A stretch of 64,000 nt of DNA, taken from the NCBI GenBank assembly GCA_003280725.1, contig QCED01000003.1, positions 571 to 64,570 of the forward strand, in the 5' to 3' direction. Made by a program: the position numbers and the translations under genes. The notes beneath the pieces are model-generated. The model saw nothing but the letters and a program-made list of their open reading frames with translations, was not told where the DNA came from and did not search any database. This document shows positions 32,178 through 43,813 of this stretch, piece by piece (position 1 is the stretch's first letter; every line of letters starts with the position of its first letter). The DNA comes from Prochlorococcus sp. AG-355-M18 (lineage in GTDB: Bacteria > Cyanobacteriota > Cyanobacteriia > PCC-6307 > Cyanobiaceae).

Positions 32178-33980
32178 ATGCGCGTAACCACCTCATTTCC
32201 TCTGGGGACACTTCGTGACACACCTTCTGAAGCTGAGATTATTTCACATCAATTACTTTTAAAAGCTGGATATATACGCAGAGTTAACAGCGGTATTTAT
32301 GCATACATGCCAATAATGCTTCGAGTTATTGAAAAAATATCCGCAATAATTGAGAGAGAACTTAATAGTATTGGTTGTACAAAATTACTATTACCCCAAC
32401 TTCATCCTGCAGATTTATGGAAAAAAAGTGAAAGATGGGAAGGATATACTGCAGGGGAAGGAATAATGTTTAATCTCAAAGATAGACAAGGTAAAGAATT
32501 TGGTTTAGCACCAACTCACGAAGAGGTGATCACGAGTATTGCATCAGAGACCATCAACTCCTATAAGCAATTACCTCAATGTTTTTACCAAATTCAGACA
32601 AAATTTAGAGATGAAATAAGGCCAAGGTTTGGATTGATGAGAAGTAGAGAATTCATAATGAAAGATGGTTATTCTTTTCATTCTTCAGAAAACGATCTAG
32701 CTTCTTTCTATGAAAAGGTGGGCAATGCTTATGAAAATATTTTTAAATCTTGTGGACTGGAGACAGTAGGGGTTGAAGCTGATAGTGGAGCAATTGGCGG
32801 TGCTTCATCTAAAGAATTTATGGTCACTGCTGATGCTGGAGAAGATTCCATTTTGTTCACTCAAAGTGGTTCTTATGCTGCCAATATCGAAAAAGCTGTT
32901 TCTCTACCCTCTCAACCTATTCCACTAAAAGATAATATTTCAGAGTGGTTGGAAACACCTCATCAAAAAACAATCCTAGAAGTTTGCGATAAAAATAATT
33001 TAGACCCAAGTCAGATTATTAAAGTAGTAATATTCCTTGCTCAGTTCGAAAGTGAATTTAATGTCCCAATTCTTGCATGCATAAGAGGTGATCAACACAT
33101 TAATGAAGTAAAGCTTTTTAACTTAATCAATAAACTTCATCAATTCAATCTCCTTAATCTTAAAAAGATTGAAGACAAAAATACTATCGAAAAAAATCTA
33201 GTTGATTTACCCTTAGGTTTTATTGGACCAGATTTAGATAATAAAACTATTAAAGCTAGTTCTAATTGGGAAAAAAATTGGACAAGAATAATTGACTATT
33301 CTGCAAGTGACCTTTCAAAGTTTATAAGTGGTGGGAATAAAGTTAATTTCCATAAAGTTTTTCAAGAATTTTCTTTTGATTCGAAAGACTATCTAATTGG
33401 GGATATCAGGAATGCCAAAAAAGGAGATAAAATAAGTATTTATGATGATGAAGAACTTAAAGAAAAAAAAGGTATCGAAATTGGACATATTTTTCAACTA
33501 GGTCAGAAATATAGTGAAAAATTAAATGCAAAGTTCTCTGATAAGGACGGTCAGTTAAAAAATTTATGGATGGGTTGTTACGGAATAGGAGTGACAAGAA
33601 TAGCTCAAGCTGCTATTGAACAGAATCATGATCAAAAAGGAATTTGTTGGCCTATCCAGATTTCTCCTTTTGAAGTTATATTAATCCCAACAAATCTAAA
33701 AGATCCTATTCAAATTGATCTTACTGAGCAAATCTATAACAACTTTTTAATTAATAAAATTGATGTCCTTCTTGATGATAGAAACGATAGAGCAGGAGTG
33801 AAATTTAAAGATGCGGATTTAATTGGTATTCCTTTTCAGATAATTATTGGCAGAGATTCTATTAATAAAGAAGTAGAACTTTTATGCAGAGTAAATAATA
33901 CTAAGCTTAAAATTAGTACTGATAAATTGTTAGAAACATTTATTTCCGAATCTGAAATAATGTACAATAAAAAGTCTTGA
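32178..33980 (+). CDS. proS: proline--tRNA ligase with editing insertion domain
   Basis: LAPTHEE, FRDEIRPRFGLMRSREF and MGCYGIGVTR motifs. Confidence 0.98.
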   Translation: MRVTTSFPLGTLRDTPSEAEIISHQLLLKAGYIRRVNSGIYAYMPIMLRVIEKISAIIERELNSIGCTKLLLPQLHPADLWKKSERWEGYTAGEGIMFNLKDRQGKEFGLAPTHEEVITSIASETINSYKQLPQCFYQIQTKFRDEIRPRFGLMRSREFIMKDGYSFHSSENDLASFYEKVGNAYENIFKSCGLETVGVEADSGAIGGASSKEFMVTADAGEDSILFTQSGSYAANIEKAVSLPSQPIPLKDNISEWLETPHQKTILEVCDKNNLDPSQIIKVVIFLAQFESEFNVPILACIRGDQHINEVKLFNLINKLHQFNLLNLKKIEDKNTIEKNLVDLPLGFIGPDLDNKTIKASSNWEKNWTRIIDYSASDLSKFISGGNKVNFHKVFQEFSFDSKDYLIGDIRNAKKGDKISIYDDEELKEKKGIEIGHIFQLGQKYSEKLNAKFSDKDGQLKNLWMGCYGIGVTRIAQAAIEQNHDQKGICWPIQISPFEVILIPTNLKDPIQIDLTEQIYNNFLINKIDVLLDDRNDRAGVKFKDADLIGIPFQIIIGRDSINKEVELLCRVNNTKLKISTDKLLETFISESEIMYNKKS

Positions 33981-34007
33981 AGCTTATTTTTTTTTGGGAG
34001 CTAAGTT

Positions 34008-34445
34008 ATGTTACTGAAATGGACATCAAAATTATTTTTTAAGAATCTTACCAAAGCTATATCTTTTGCAATATCCTTAATTGTTGCTTTCACACTATTT
34101 AGTTCTCCCTCCATAGCTGCAAAAACCGCTATGACAGGTGACTATACAAAGGATACAATTTCAGTTGTTAAAACATTACAAACAGCTGTTGATACTCCAA
34201 AAGATTCTCCAAATAAAGATGAAGTAAGAAGTGAGGCTCTTACACTCATAACTGACTATATTTCCAGATATAGAAATAGAGGGATGGTTAATAAAACGCA
34301 ATCATTTACCACAATGCAAACAGCATTAAATGCTATGGCAGGTCATTACAAAAACTTTGCAAGTAGACCTTTACCAGATAAACTTAAAGAGCGTTTAACC
34401 AAAGAATTTTCTCTTGCTGAAAAAATGGTTCTAAGAGAAAGTTGA
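34008..34445 (+). CDS. psb27: photosystem II assembly protein Psb27
   Basis: Signal peptide then MTGDY..DT, YISRYR and SFTTMQTALNAMAGHY. Confidence 0.93.
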   Translation: MLLKWTSKLFFKNLTKAISFAISLIVAFTLFSSPSIAAKTAMTGDYTKDTISVVKTLQTAVDTPKDSPNKDEVRSEALTLITDYISRYRNRGMVNKTQSFTTMQTALNAMAGHYKNFASRPLPDKLKERLTKEFSLAEKMVLRES

Positions 34446-34472
34446 TACAATTCATTTACTTTTTAAAAGTAA

Positions 34473-35837
<1,365 letters not shown>

Positions 35838-35852
35838 TTTAGTTCCAAATTA

Positions 35853-36854
35853 ATGAAGGAATCCTTTAGACATTTTGAACATAAAAAAATTGATCTAATT
35901 GGTCTGGGCAACGCAATAGTGGATATTATTGTAAATATTGAAGATGAGTTTCTTGAGATAAATAATCTAGTTAAAGGTTCAATGAATCTAGTAAATTCTG
36001 ATGAATCTCAGAGATTGTTAGAAAATTGCAAAGTGATCAAACAAATTTCAGGTGGGTCCTCAGCAAATACCGTTGTTTCTTTAGCAGAATTAGGCAATCA
36101 TGTGCAGTTTATAGGGAGAGTGAAAAATGATCAATTTGGGAATTTCTTTTCTGACGATATAAAAAAAAGTAAGACTATATTTAATACTCCACCAACTATA
36201 AAAGGTGCTCCAACAGCTCATTCAATCATTTTAGTTACACCTGATGCCCAAAGAACTATGTGCACTCACCTCGGTACATCTGTAGAGTTTGAGCCAAAAG
36301 ACATTGACTTTACTGTAATTAAGGAAAGTAAATACTTATATTTAGAAGGATATTTATGGGACAGCGAATTAGCTAAAAAAGCTTTTATTAAAGCCGCCCA
36401 AATTGCAAAACAATCTAATACAAAAATAATCCTTTCTTTGTCTGATTCATTTTGTGTAGATAGACATCGTGAGAGTTTCTTGGAATTAATTTATGAATAC
36501 GTAGATATTGTATTTTGTAATGAATCCGAGGCGTTAAGTCTATTTAAAAATGATAAATTAGCAAGCTGCCAAGAAGACCTATCTTCCTTATGTGAATTAG
36601 CCATAGTAACTCTTGGAAGCAATGGTTCTCTCATAATTAACAAAAATAATGTTGAAATAATTGAGTCAATAACGAAAGGCAAGATTATTGATACTACAGG
36701 AGCGGGAGATATCTATGCGGGAGGATTTATCCATGGATTAATAAACAATTGTTCCCTCAAAAAATGCGGAGAGATAGCTTCAATTTGTGCGGGGCAAATA
36801 ATTACGCAATTAGGATCTAGATCGGATATCGATCTTAAAGAGTTAATAAGATAG
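35853..36854 (+). CDS. PfkB family carbohydrate/adenosine kinase
   Basis: GNAIVD, GGSSANT and DTTGAGD motifs. Confidence 0.9.
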   Translation: MKESFRHFEHKKIDLIGLGNAIVDIIVNIEDEFLEINNLVKGSMNLVNSDESQRLLENCKVIKQISGGSSANTVVSLAELGNHVQFIGRVKNDQFGNFFSDDIKKSKTIFNTPPTIKGAPTAHSIILVTPDAQRTMCTHLGTSVEFEPKDIDFTVIKESKYLYLEGYLWDSELAKKAFIKAAQIAKQSNTKIILSLSDSFCVDRHRESFLELIYEYVDIVFCNESEALSLFKNDKLASCQEDLSSLCELAIVTLGSNGSLIINKNNVEIIESITKGKIIDTTGAGDIYAGGFIHGLINNCSLKKCGEIASICAGQIITQLGSRSDIDLKELIR

Positions 36855-36859
36855 GTTAA

Positions 36860-37165
36860 TCAAATAGTCCTATTCAACCAATCATAATATTTCATCTCAG
36901 CATGGTATTTTTTGTAAATAATCTGAGGGACATCATATGTGGAATTTTTATTTACGAAATCAATTAAACAATCTTTAAATTCTTGTTTACTTTTTATTGT
37001 GATTTCAAACTCTTTAGTTTCTTCAATATCATCATCCCACTTATAAATTGAAAAAATTTGCTTTATCGAAACACAAGCTGCAAGTTTATTTTGTATTAGT
37101 AATTTAGCCATTCGCAAAGCATTTGCGTTACTTGATTCAGTTGTGATCATAACTAATACTTCCAT
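36860..37165 (-). CDS. cutA: divalent-cation tolerance protein CutA
   Basis: KLAACV, SIYKW...E and YDVPQI motifs. Confidence 0.88.
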   Translation of the reverse strand: MEVLVMITTESSNANALRMAKLLIQNKLAACVSIKQIFSIYKWDDDIEETKEFEITIKSKQEFKDCLIDFVNKNSTYDVPQIIYKKYHAEMKYYDWLNRTI

Positions 37166-37178
37166 AATGAATTAAACG

Positions 37179-37976
37179 TCAATATTTTTTAATTATGTGA
37201 TTTATTAAATTGTGATATTGATCAAAAGAGTAAGAATAATCATTTTTAACTTTCGGCCTTTTAACCAAAAATAACTTCATCTTACTTCCTGAAACTATAC
37301 TCTCCCAGTTTTTCTGAGAATAACTTCCAGATTCTCTGCATAGAACATAATCTATCTCCCAAAAATCACAAAGTTTTTTTTCTAAAATGCTTTTATTATT
37401 TTTACTCGGTTCAAGTATCGCTATGTTTGAATTTTTAATACATGATCCAAAAGCTTTAGTTATACTGCCATATGTTGGAAGTACCCTTGTAAATACATTT
37501 GCTTTACAATTCATATAATAACTAGCTGTATCGTTAAGGAATCTTGATCCTATTGCAAGAAGAATATTCTTATTTTCTATATCAACATTATTTATATCCT
37601 TTAAATGATCAATATAAAAAAAATTATTAGTGTTTTTTATTAGAGATTTCCTCTCAAATAGTAAAAGAGGTGTATTAATTTCTTTACATGCATTATTAAG
37701 ATTTTTAGAAATTATTACGGCAAACGGATGAGTAGCATCGACAACGCATGAGATTTTATTTTTATTTATGAAATTAATTATTTGATCTTTATTATTTAAT
37801 TTCCCCGTAATGATATGTAACTTTGGATTTTCAATATAAGCTTGCCCTGCTTTATAAGTTAAAACACTTGCAAAGACTGAATAATTAAGTTCAAGAAGCC
37901 TATTAGCTATTACAGGTCCATCCGAAGTTCCTGATAGGATCCAAACATTTTTATAGCAATTTCCTTGATTCTGCAT
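37179..37976 (-). CDS. cobK: precorrin-6A/cobalt-precorrin-6A reductase
   Basis: LSGTSDG, VVDATHPFA, RVLP, RESG and VKRP motifs. Confidence 0.9.
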   Translation of the reverse strand: MQNQGNCYKNVWILSGTSDGPVIANRLLELNYSVFASVLTYKAGQAYIENPKLHIITGKLNNKDQIINFINKNKISCVVDATHPFAVIISKNLNNACKEINTPLLLFERKSLIKNTNNFFYIDHLKDINNVDIENKNILLAIGSRFLNDTASYYMNCKANVFTRVLPTYGSITKAFGSCIKNSNIAILEPSKNNKSILEKKLCDFWEIDYVLCRESGSYSQKNWESIVSGSKMKLFLVKRPKVKNDYSYSFDQYHNLINHIIKKY

Positions 37977-38004
37977 CAGTATGTCTTTAATTAAATAGTA
38001 AGTA

Positions 38005-38430
38005 ATGAATCATTGTTTAATTCAGGCGGTCATTAATAGCGCTCCCCAAATGAGGTATACCAAAGAAAACCAAACTCCAATTGCAGAAATGATTGTTAAT
38101 TTTAAAGGATTACGTAGTGAAGATCCAACCAGAGATCTCAAGATCATAGGATGGGGGAATATTGCCCAAGAAATGGTAGGAGAATTAAAGGAGGGGCAAA
38201 ATATTGTTATTGAGGGACGTCTGAAGATGAATTCTGTCACTAGAAAAGACGGAACGAAAGAAAAACAACCAGAACTAACAGCTTCAAAAATTCATCAAAT
38301 ATCGCCAGTTGATGTTATTAAGTCTGATCAAAAAGAAAATAATGAGTCATTTGAAAATAAAGAGACCGCCAAAAAATCTAGTTGGGATAGTTCACCTTTA
38401 GTACCTGAAGTGGACGAAATACCTTTTTAA
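38005..38430 (+). CDS. ssb: single-stranded DNA-binding protein homolog
   Basis: OB-fold pattern (P.MRYT, WG..A, G..I.IEGRL) and acidic C-terminal DEIPF tail. Confidence 0.82.
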   Translation: MNHCLIQAVINSAPQMRYTKENQTPIAEMIVNFKGLRSEDPTRDLKIIGWGNIAQEMVGELKEGQNIVIEGRLKMNSVTRKDGTKEKQPELTASKIHQISPVDVIKSDQKENNESFENKETAKKSSWDSSPLVPEVDEIPF

Positions 38431-38431
38431 A

Positions 38432-38614
38432 TCAAATATCAACATTATTTTCTTGAACACTTATAATTAATTTGCTTATTTTTCTTTCAAGCGCGGCAAG
38501 TTCGCTTCTGATTTCTGGCCATTTACCCTTATCAAGATTTTCTAGTAGCCATGCTCTATCTTGATCAAGTTTAAAAATTAAATCTCCTTGATTTGCAGTA
38601 TTAGGATCTTGCAT
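38432..38614 (-). CDS. small hypothetical helical protein
   Basis: 60-aa ORF filling the gap between ssb and the next gene; helical pattern LDQDRAWLL..LD.GKWPE.R.ELAALER. Confidence 0.65.
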   Translation of the reverse strand: MQDPNTANQGDLIFKLDQDRAWLLENLDKGKWPEIRSELAALERKISKLIISVQENNVDI

Positions 38615-38656
38615 AATACTTGTTAGCCTATTTAAACCTCATTCTACTAAATCAAA

Positions 38657-39187
38657 ATGAAGAAATACTTATCGCCTGGAAACTTAATCGTAACCGCTGG
38701 GGGTATATTAGCTTTTGTTGGAATGACTGCTTATTTTACAGACTCAGTGAATTTAAGTGTACCTACTTTTTTTTATGGAGTACCTATTTTCCTAATTGGC
38801 TTAGGCTTAAAGACTTCCGAAATACCTCCTGTAGAGTTATTTGACAAGACAAATTTTGCGACAAATAAATTTAATAGACCAAAAGAACTAACAGCATTAG
38901 TTAAGGATGTTACAAGATGGAGGTATGGGATAAAAGCTCATCTTGAATCGTCATTAGAATCATTAAATTTGTGGGACGAGGATAACCCCCCTCAATTAAA
39001 AGAAATAGAAGAAATTACAAAAGAAGAAAAAAATGGTCTTAGAATGCGTTTCGAATTAAACGCTGTCCCTCTAGAAAAATGGATTGAAAAACAAGAACGA
39101 TTAAATAGGTTTTTCGTCAAAGGTCTTGAATCAGAATTTATTATCGACGATAATAAAAAAGAATTTGATTTTATTCTCTTTTATTGA
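38657..39187 (+). CDS. DUF2854-type thylakoid membrane protein
   Basis: Two N-terminal TMs, FYGVPIFL.GLGLK..E and KDVTRWRYG..AHL motifs. Confidence 0.8.
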   Translation: MKKYLSPGNLIVTAGGILAFVGMTAYFTDSVNLSVPTFFYGVPIFLIGLGLKTSEIPPVELFDKTNFATNKFNRPKELTALVKDVTRWRYGIKAHLESSLESLNLWDEDNPPQLKEIEEITKEEKNGLRMRFELNAVPLEKWIEKQERLNRFFVKGLESEFIIDDNKKEFDFILFY

Positions 39188-39251
39188 ATATAGGGATATA
39201 TTTGTAAAAACCTAATTTCTAAATTCAATCAAGTTTTAATGAATTTTAATA

Positions 39252-40103
39252 ATGAATGATTCTCAAAGAGTATCAATATTAAGCGAAGCACTTCCATATA
39301 TACAAAGTTTCTCAGGAAGAAAAATTGTTATCAAGTATGGTGGTTCTGTTATGGAGAATGATAATTTAAAAAATGCTTTTTTTAGAGACATTGCACTTTT
39401 ATCAACCGTTGGGGTTTGTCCGATAGTAATTCATGGAGGTGGACCAGAGATTAATAATTGGTTAAAGAAATTAGAAATATCTCCTAAATTCGAAAATGGA
39501 TTAAGAATTACTGATCAAAAAACAATGGAAATTGTCGAGATGGTTCTAATGGGTAGAGTTAACAAACAAATTGTGAAAGGAATTAATAAAACTGGATCCT
39601 TAGCTGTGGGAATATCAGGTCTTGATGGCAACTTAATTCAATCTAGAGAACTAGGAGATGGTAGCCATGGGTTAGTGGGAGAGGTTACAAAAATCAATCC
39701 TGAAATATTAGATCCTCTTATTTCTAAAGGATACATCCCAATTATTTCTAGCGTTGGATCAACCTTGGAGGGTATTTCCCATAACATTAATGCAGATTTT
39801 GTTGCTGGAGAAATTGCTGCTGCAATAAATGCAGAAAAACTTATTCTTCTTACTGATACTCAAGGGATTTTAAAAGAAAAAGATAACAAAAATAGTCTTG
39901 TTGAAAAAACTAATCTCAAAGAGGCAAGAGATTTTATTCATAAAAAAATTGTAACTGAAGGTATGATTCCAAAGACAGAATGCTGTATAAGAGCTTTAGC
40001 CCAAGGAGTCAAAGCAGCTCACATAATTGATGGAAGAATAGAACATTCATTACTTCTTGAGATTTTTACAAATTCCGGAATAGGTACAATGATAGTCGCC
40101 TAA
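39252..40103 (+). CDS. argB: acetylglutamate kinase
   Basis: [24 protein letters not shown] and GMIPK motifs. Confidence 0.97.
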   Translation: MNDSQRVSILSEALPYIQSFSGRKIVIKYGGSVMENDNLKNAFFRDIALLSTVGVCPIVIHGGGPEINNWLKKLEISPKFENGLRITDQKTMEIVEMVLMGRVNKQIVKGINKTGSLAVGISGLDGNLIQSRELGDGSHGLVGEVTKINPEILDPLISKGYIPIISSVGSTLEGISHNINADFVAGEIAAAINAEKLILLTDTQGILKEKDNKNSLVEKTNLKEARDFIHKKIVTEGMIPKTECCIRALAQGVKAAHIIDGRIEHSLLLEIFTNSGIGTMIVA

Positions 40104-40106
40104 CCC

Positions 40107-41216
40107 ATGAAAACTTATGAGCAAGTTTTAGAAAAAGTAGAACTTGCTTTAGCTAAAGGTGAGTATCATAATTGCATTGAATTTCTTTTGCCTATAATCG
40201 AATCATTTCCTTTATCAAGCAAAGAGGGAGTAAATTTAAGAACAATCTTAATTACTGCTCTATGTGGTATCAATAAAAGGGAGGAGGCTAAAAGGTTTTG
40301 TAAAGAACTTCTAAAATCTTACGATAATAAGACGAGAGAAAATGCAAAATATTTGATGGAAGTTATAGACTCTCCTGACATCAAAAAGCCAGAAAATTGG
40401 AACGTACAGTTTGAAAGCGGCCCATCACTCAATAAAAAATCTCTTAACTCACTGCGCAAAAAAAGAGAAGTATTAAAGAAAAAAAAATTTATTAATGTAA
40501 CTGAGAAACCAACTGGTGAAACAAAACCCTTTCAGAAAGGCTTTTCACTGATCATTTTTTTAATACTACTAATATTAATTCCACTTTTAAGTGGCTGCGT
40601 AAAAATTGAGGATACCCTTGATCTTAGTGATCTTGATTCAATAACTAATAATATAGTGATAGAGAGTAAATATATAAAGAAATTTCCTTGGCAATTAAAA
40701 TTTGAAGAGAAGATGAAAGATATTTTTCCTGACGCAGAAATTGAACAAGACGAATCAACCTTTTCTTTGAAACATAAAAATCTCAATTTAGAGGATACAA
40801 AGCAAGTTCTTAAAATCACCCAAAATACAGCTGGAGATTTAGCGGGAGAATCAACAAATATAGAAATTAATACTACTCAAAAAAACTTCATTTTTTTTAA
40901 AAAATACTTTTACAGGTTAGATTTGGATCTAAATTCTATTAAAGGCATTGATAATTTAGAACTCATTTTCAAAATTATTCACCCTAATAAAGCTATCCTT
41001 ACCGATAAAAATAATTCAAATTTAGAAATCACAAAAAATCTAATAATTTGGGATTTAAATCAAGGGCAGATAAATAGTCTTGAATTTTCTTTCTGGAGCC
41101 TCAACAAACTCTTGATTGGGATATCTATTATTTTAATAATTATAATATTGGCTTATTTATTGAGATTCTATAGATTTAAATTAGGTTCAGATTTACCTCA
41201 ACTTCCATCAAAGTAA
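40107..41216 (+). CDS. TPR-like N-terminus plus DUF3153-like membrane domain
   Basis: N-terminal helical repeat, internal hydrophobic segment ending LLSGC, and C-terminal TM. Confidence 0.7.
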   Translation: MKTYEQVLEKVELALAKGEYHNCIEFLLPIIESFPLSSKEGVNLRTILITALCGINKREEAKRFCKELLKSYDNKTRENAKYLMEVIDSPDIKKPENWNVQFESGPSLNKKSLNSLRKKREVLKKKKFINVTEKPTGETKPFQKGFSLIIFLILLILIPLLSGCVKIEDTLDLSDLDSITNNIVIESKYIKKFPWQLKFEEKMKDIFPDAEIEQDESTFSLKHKNLNLEDTKQVLKITQNTAGDLAGESTNIEINTTQKNFIFFKKYFYRLDLDLNSIKGIDNLELIFKIIHPNKAILTDKNNSNLEITKNLIIWDLNQGQINSLEFSFWSLNKLLIGISIILIIIILAYLLRFYRFKLGSDLPQLPSK

Positions 41217-43493
41217 TTACAACTCTGCTGGATTAACATCTATTGTTAAAAAAACATTTTTTGGAATAAGTTTCCATAATATTGATCTATCAGGTAGAGG
41301 TATCTTTGTTCCTTCAGGACCATGTATTAATATCTGCCATCTGAATTTTTTACCGACTTTAGCTATTAAACTAGGGGCAGGACCAATTAATTTCCAGTTC
41401 TTTTTCTCACAAAAACTGAGTAGATATTTTGCTAATTTTATTGCAATTGACTCAGTTAATTCATAATTTTCACTTGATAATTTAAGTAGGCAAATTGTGC
41501 AAAATGGAAATAAATTAGCATCCTTTCTCAATCTCGAGTTTTCAATTAAGAATCTTTCATAATCTCTTTTTTGAAGATACGAAATTACCGGGTGGTTAGG
41601 TTTATATGTTTGAAAAATTACTTTCCCTTTTTTTTGCGCCCTGCCGGCCCTTCCTGCTACTTGCAAAAATAATTGTAATGATTTTTCTTCTGCTGAAATA
41701 TCTGGGCGATGAAGCAACCCATCTGCTGCAATAACTACTGAAAGAGTAATATTGGGGATGTCAATACCTTTTGCCAACATCTGAGTACCGACAAGAATAT
41801 CAGCATCACCTTTAGAAAACTTTGAAAGAATATCTCTATGACCATCCTTTCCTGAAGTTGTATCTCTATCAAAGCGAAGTACTCTTAAGTCAGGAAATTC
41901 TTCATTTAAAAACTCTATTACCCTTTGCGTACCAATTCCAAAAGGTTTGAAAGCAGTTGAATGACAATCGGGGCAACGATTGATCAATCTTGATTTATGA
42001 TCACACCAATGACACCTTAACCATTTTTTTCCTTGTGATCCGAGATGAACTGATAAAGGAACGTCACAGTTGGGGCAATTTATTAAATATCCGCAATTTC
42101 TGCAACTTAAAAATCCACTATGCCCCCTCCTAGGGATCAAAATAATTGCTTGCTCTTTTTTTAAGCGTAGTTGAGGAAGCAATTGTAATAATTCATTGGA
42201 AAAAATTTTCATATTTCCTTTCTTGAACTCATCCCGCATATCAATAATTTTTATTTCAGGAGTCTCATTACTGGATATCCTTTGAATCATTCTTACCAAT
42301 TTAAAATTCCTTTCAAAAATGCACTTTTTCCAAGTCTTCATTGATGGGGTTGCACTCCCAAAAATTAACTTTGCAGAATTCCTTTTTACTATTTCAATAG
42401 CAATCTCTCTCGCGTCATAGCAAGGCATAGGACTATCTTGCTTATAAGAATCATCATGTTCTTCATCCATTATTATTAATCCCAGATTTTTGATTGGAAG
42501 AAAAACTGCCGACCTTGTACCTATTACTATTAAAGGTTCATTAGCATTAATTATTTTCTTCCAAACTAAAGTTCTATGATTGGGAGAACAATTACTATGA
42601 TATTCGTAAACGACACTATTAAATCGCCTACTAAATCTATCAATAAGTTGAGGAATTAATCCAATTTCTGGGGCTAGTATCAAACAACTTTTTTTCTTAA
42701 GAAATTGATCTTCAGCAATTCTCATATACACTTCTGTTTTACCTGAACCTGTTTCGCCCCAAAGAAGTAATGCATCTCCTGGTTTCATTGTTTGAAATTC
42801 TTGAAATGCAATTTTTTGCTCATTTGTAAGATTTGGTTTTTTCGTTGCGATATGATCTTTTACAAAGGAATTTAATTTAGTATTTATATTTTTTTTTCTT
42901 TTAGATTTAGCAAGATAATTTTTACTGACCATTGAGTTAATTAGATTGTAATTAAAACCAGACTTTATTAATTCACTTTGCCAATTACCTTTTTCAGATA
43001 AAGTATCCATTAAAAAAAATTCTTTTTTTGTTAATCGACTTTTTTTAATATCAAATTCTTTTTTAGTTTCAATCCATATTTGATCTTTTAAACCTTTAGA
43101 GAAATTTTTATATTTACCAATCCAGCCAGGAGGAAATGCAGTTTTAAACATTTTTAAATTACTAACCATATAAAAAGAGGCTAGGGAGTCTATCAATTCT
43201 CTCCAAGATTCATCGATTATTTTTTTCTGCAAAATACTTTCAACAAACAAATATCTTATGCTTTTTCCTCCAGTAATATTTGATTCATCATTATTGATTG
43301 TCGAAAATTCTTTTTTGGAGATCACCAACCCATTCAATAATCTCCCCCTTAGTCTCACACTTACAATATCTCCAACTTCTGCTCCAAGATTATTTCCATC
43401 TAAATAGTAAAAGCTTTCATTACTACTACCTATATCAAGCAAAATTTCCAATTTATAGGAGATATTTAAAAACTGATTACTTGCCGGCTTCAA
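41217..43493 (-). CDS. priA: replication restart helicase PriA
   Basis: GETGSGKTEVY, DEEHD, four CxxC zinc pairs and QVAGRAGR. Confidence 0.96.
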   Translation of the reverse strand: MKPASNQFLNISYKLEILLDIGSSNESFYYLDGNNLGAEVGDIVSVRLRGRLLNGLVISKKEFSTINNDESNITGGKSIRYLFVESILQKKIIDESWRELIDSLASFYMVSNLKMFKTAFPPGWIGKYKNFSKGLKDQIWIETKKEFDIKKSRLTKKEFFLMDTLSEKGNWQSELIKSGFNYNLINSMVSKNYLAKSKRKKNINTKLNSFVKDHIATKKPNLTNEQKIAFQEFQTMKPGDALLLWGETGSGKTEVYMRIAEDQFLKKKSCLILAPEIGLIPQLIDRFSRRFNSVVYEYHSNCSPNHRTLVWKKIINANEPLIVIGTRSAVFLPIKNLGLIIMDEEHDDSYKQDSPMPCYDAREIAIEIVKRNSAKLIFGSATPSMKTWKKCIFERNFKLVRMIQRISSNETPEIKIIDMRDEFKKGNMKIFSNELLQLLPQLRLKKEQAIILIPRRGHSGFLSCRNCGYLINCPNCDVPLSVHLGSQGKKWLRCHWCDHKSRLINRCPDCHSTAFKPFGIGTQRVIEFLNEEFPDLRVLRFDRDTTSGKDGHRDILSKFSKGDADILVGTQMLAKGIDIPNITLSVVIAADGLLHRPDISAEEKSLQLFLQVAGRAGRAQKKGKVIFQTYKPNHPVISYLQKRDYERFLIENSRLRKDANLFPFCTICLLKLSSENYELTESIAIKLAKYLLSFCEKKNWKLIGPAPSLIAKVGKKFRWQILIHGPEGTKIPLPDRSILWKLIPKNVFLTIDVNPAEL

Positions 43494-43813
43494 AACTTTT
43501 TCTTAGTATTGGATTGTTGAACATTCCACAAAGTGTTTTTTGCACATTGTAAGTATCCTGCTCTTAAGGGAGACATGAAGCTCTGATCATTGAGTGAAAA
43601 TTCAAAAATGATCTGCCTGTCTGAGAAATCCCAAGACTTTTTACTTTAGGTAATCTATAGCACTATTTAAATTTTTCAACAATTTAGAAAACTTTTCTTA
43701 TTCTCATTTTGTGAAAAAGTTTTTTAAACATTAAGGGACTTTACTACTAAATGTTCAAATTAGCCCTAAATAAAATTTTATCTAGTTAAATTCACCGTAG
43801 AAAGGAGTAAATT

